A stretch of DNA of 64,000 nucleotides, taken from Alphaproteobacteria bacterium. GTDB taxonomy: Bacteria > Pseudomonadota > Alphaproteobacteria > MPNO01 > UBA830. A model generated the notes under the pieces. That model did not search any database. It worked only from the letters and a program-made list of their open reading frames with translations, and was not told where the DNA came from. This document shows, in pieces, positions 61,642 to 64,000 of this stretch; the first letter of the stretch is position 1, and each line of letters begins with the position of its first letter. A program made the translations under genes and the position numbers. Location of the stretch: positions 2,368,001-2,432,000 of the forward strand of contig OZ251539.1 of the NCBI GenBank assembly GCA_965243135.1, read 5' to 3'.

Positions 61642-62909
61642 CAGTCGAGCGGCAACGAAATCAGCCCGTCCGCCAGCTTTGGATGAAACCATGTCGACTT
61701 GGGCGGCATGATCCTTTCGGCGTCCGCCACCGCCATGAGTTCGGCGACGCTGCAGGGAAACAGCGTGAAGCCCGCCGCCATCTCGCCGGAATCGACTTGC
61801 GCCGCGACGGCTTCTCCGCCATGCGAACCGCCTACGAAGGAGATGCGCGGATCCGTGGTCGGGCTGCCGATCCCCAGGTGCGGCTTCAACACCAGACGAT
61901 CGAGCAAACTGACGTCAAGGTTCGTCACCGGGTCTTCCGTCGCGTCCGGCTGCCTGAGCGTCAGCGAATGCCACTGCCCGGCAAGATAGAGCCCAAAGGA
62001 ACGAGGGGCGTTCGGACGAACCGGCCCGTCCATCGCGCGAACGTCGAAATCCCGCGCAAGCGCGCGAACCAGCTCCGCCGGCGCGAGAGCGCCCAGATCG
62101 CGCACGACGCGGTTGTAACTCAGGACGGACACCTCGTCCTCGGGAAAGCAGACGGCAAGAAAACCGCCGCAACTGCGGCCCGCCGCGCGCCGCGCCGCCG
62201 CCACGCGAGCGGCGGCGGCCGACCGGTGGTGTCCATCGCCGATGTAGAGCGCATCCAACGCGTTCATCGCCCGCGAGATGGCGGCGATGCGGTCGGCGTC
62301 GCGGACCGTCCAGACCTCGTGGCGAACGCCGTCGAAATCGGGCACGACCATGTCCGCCTTCCGGTCGGCCGCCGCATCGGCCAGAAGAGAGGCCAGAGGC
62401 CGGCTCGCGCGGTGCGTCATCAGGACCGGTCCGGTCATCGCGTCGACCGCCTCGATCTGGCGCTTACGGTCGTCCTCCTTCCGCGGCATGGTCAGTTCAT
62501 GCCTGCGAATCCGATTTTCGACATAGGCCTCGATCGAAGCGGAAACCGCCACGCCGGTCTGCGCGCGCCCGTTCGCGGCCATCCTGTAGACGTAATACGC
62601 AGGCGCCTCGTCGCGAACCAGCGTTCCGGACGCCTCGAGATCCTTCAGGTTTCGCGCCGCCGCTTCGTAGACCTCGCGAGAATGGGGATCGACGTCCTCC
62701 GCGAGGCCGGCTTCCGCGCGCGAGACGCGCAGAAAGCTGAGCGGGCGTTCGTTGACGATCCTCCGCGCTTCCTGGGCGCCGACGACGTCATAGGGGGGCG
62801 CGGCGATCTCCGCCGCGCGTTCCGGCGCCGGCCGAAGGCCGGCAAAAGGTCTGACAAGGGCGCGTTCGATCGCCGTTCGCCGCCCTTCCGGCGCCGCGTT
62901 GGCCGACAT
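61641..62909 (-). CDS. DUF1015 family protein
   Basis: VRPFAGLRP..PPYDV..IRRHELT..YIGDGHHRSAAA..SYNRV..IMPPKSTWFHPKLADGL. Confidence 0.9.
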   Translation of the reverse strand: MSANAAPEGRRTAIERALVRPFAGLRPAPERAAEIAAPPYDVVGAQEARRIVNERPLSFLRVSRAEAGLAEDVDPHSREVYEAAARNLKDLEASGTLVRDEAPAYYVYRMAANGRAQTGVAVSASIEAYVENRIRRHELTMPRKEDDRKRQIEAVDAMTGPVLMTHRASRPLASLLADAAADRKADMVVPDFDGVRHEVWTVRDADRIAAISRAMNALDALYIGDGHHRSAAAARVAAARRAAGRSCGGFLAVCFPEDEVSVLSYNRVVRDLGALAPAELVRALARDFDVRAMDGPVRPNAPRSFGLYLAGQWHSLTLRQPDATEDPVTNLDVSLLDRLVLKPHLGIGSPTTDPRISFVGGSHGGEAVAAQVDSGEMAAGFTLFPCSVAELMAVADAERIMPPKSTWFHPKLADGLISLPLD

Positions 62910-62944
62910 TCGCCGTTCCCGTACGTTGGTTGAACCGAGGATGT

Positions 62945-63661
62945 CTACAGCGAATCGGCGCCTGCGCGCCTCTGGAAATACTCCCAGGCACGCCGTATCG
63001 AAAAGCCGCTCAGAAACGTCTCGGTGCAGCGGTCGATCTCGCCGTCCGACAGATATTCGATCCGCTCGTCCATGTTCATCGCGTCCTGGAGCAGGCGCGC
63101 GTTCACTTGAAGATAGATCGCGGTCATGACCGCGGCCTCGACGGAACGTCCGCTGACGGCGCAGCCGTGTCCGCGCATCAGAACGACGGTGTTGCCGCCC
63201 AGCGTCCTCGCGAGATCCCGGCCCTGGTCCATATTCACGACCAGAAGATTGGTGTCGCCGAACCCGGTCCGGATATCCCAAACGGGAACTCGCTTGCCGA
63301 TGGACGCTCCCACGTGCGCTACGGGCCGGAGCGGCGTGGGCGTCACGCCGAACGGTATGACGGCGTGCGAATGGTTATGAATCACGGCGTTCACGTCAGG
63401 CCGCGCTTCGTATATCGCCCCGTGAATGTGGCGTTCGGCGTAGGGCGTACGATCGTCGCCGACCGCCTCTCCGTTCAGCGTGAACTCCATCACGTCCGCC
63501 AAGGTTACCAGTTCCGGGCTGCGCGAACGGCTCATCAGGTAACGATTCGGATCTTCGGGATGGCGGACGCTCACGTGCCCGTAAGCGTCTACGACCTCCT
63601 CCCTCGCTAGGATCCTGTTCGCGACCACGACCTCGCGCATCGCGCCGGTCAGCCCGTGCAT
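62945..63661 (-). CDS. Class II aldolase/adducin family protein (hydroxypyridine-dicarboxylate decarboxylase-like)
   Basis: ANRIL..DAYGHVSVR, ERHIHGAIYEARPDV..VIHNHS, LMRGHG metal motifs. Confidence 0.88.
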   Translation of the reverse strand: MHGLTGAMREVVVANRILAREEVVDAYGHVSVRHPEDPNRYLMSRSRSPELVTLADVMEFTLNGEAVGDDRTPYAERHIHGAIYEARPDVNAVIHNHSHAVIPFGVTPTPLRPVAHVGASIGKRVPVWDIRTGFGDTNLLVVNMDQGRDLARTLGGNTVVLMRGHGCAVSGRSVEAAVMTAIYLQVNARLLQDAMNMDERIEYLSDGEIDRCTETFLSGFSIRRAWEYFQRRAGADSL

Positions 63662-64000
63662 ATCCGCCTCCGCATGGAGATAATTCGCCGTTCGGCGGTA
63701 ATAACATGAAGCCGCCGCAACGGCCAATCGCGGCGGGCGGCACGATAAAGTCGCCCGGCCGTTCGCTCAGGCAGCGGCGCGACGGCAAGCGCTGCCGGAA
63801 TCGCTTGGCTACGGTTTCTCGACCGCGAACGGCGAGGCTGCCCCAAGAGTCGAACGGAACGACCCGCAGGGCGCGCCCCGCGGGCCAGCGAGCGGCGCAG
63901 CGCGAACTTCTGTCCGGGGACGCGACATGTCAAGAACATTTTGAACTGGTACGCACCGAATTAATTGACCGCTTCCGTTGTGGTCCGGCAGGTAGACCTG

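Noticed and set aside
63730-64000. Gene at the right window edge
   Set aside because: Too little sequence, and no recognisable motif in any frame.

Overview
GC-rich bacterial window. The gene content (many TRAP/TAXI/ABC transporters, orphan molybdo-hydroxylase large subunits, IorAB, HpaB) suggests an alphaproteobacterium, possibly marine or host-associated; this is inference only. Most of the window is catabolic and transport genes for aromatic and N-heterocyclic compounds: two xanthine-dehydrogenase/CoxL-family subunits, a TauD dioxygenase, indolepyruvate oxidoreductase, a NicX-like dioxygenase operon with a sugar-type ABC importer, HpaB with a Liv-type ABC importer, hydantoinase/oxoprolinase A/B, a ThDP enzyme and a class II aldolase/decarboxylase. 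Small AT-richer conflict modules are interspersed. The most striking is at 25.1-28.6 kb, where an intact Septu-like AAA ATPase + HNH pair sits inside a HipA-like kinase gene. Both kinase ends are still readable (28440-28568 and 25844-26077), and the intact HipS-HIRAN partner now lies downstream of the ATPase/HNH pair. Elsewhere, a doc toxin is pseudogenised beside its intact AbrB antitoxin, and an AAA ATPase has only a remnant of its partner gene. A 1648-bp IS (18-bp TIRs, 9-bp TSD) splits livF at its Walker B motif, and a GST gene carries a large internal deletion. I saw no rRNA, tRNA or CRISPR array. All family calls come from motif recognition by eye, not from database searches.
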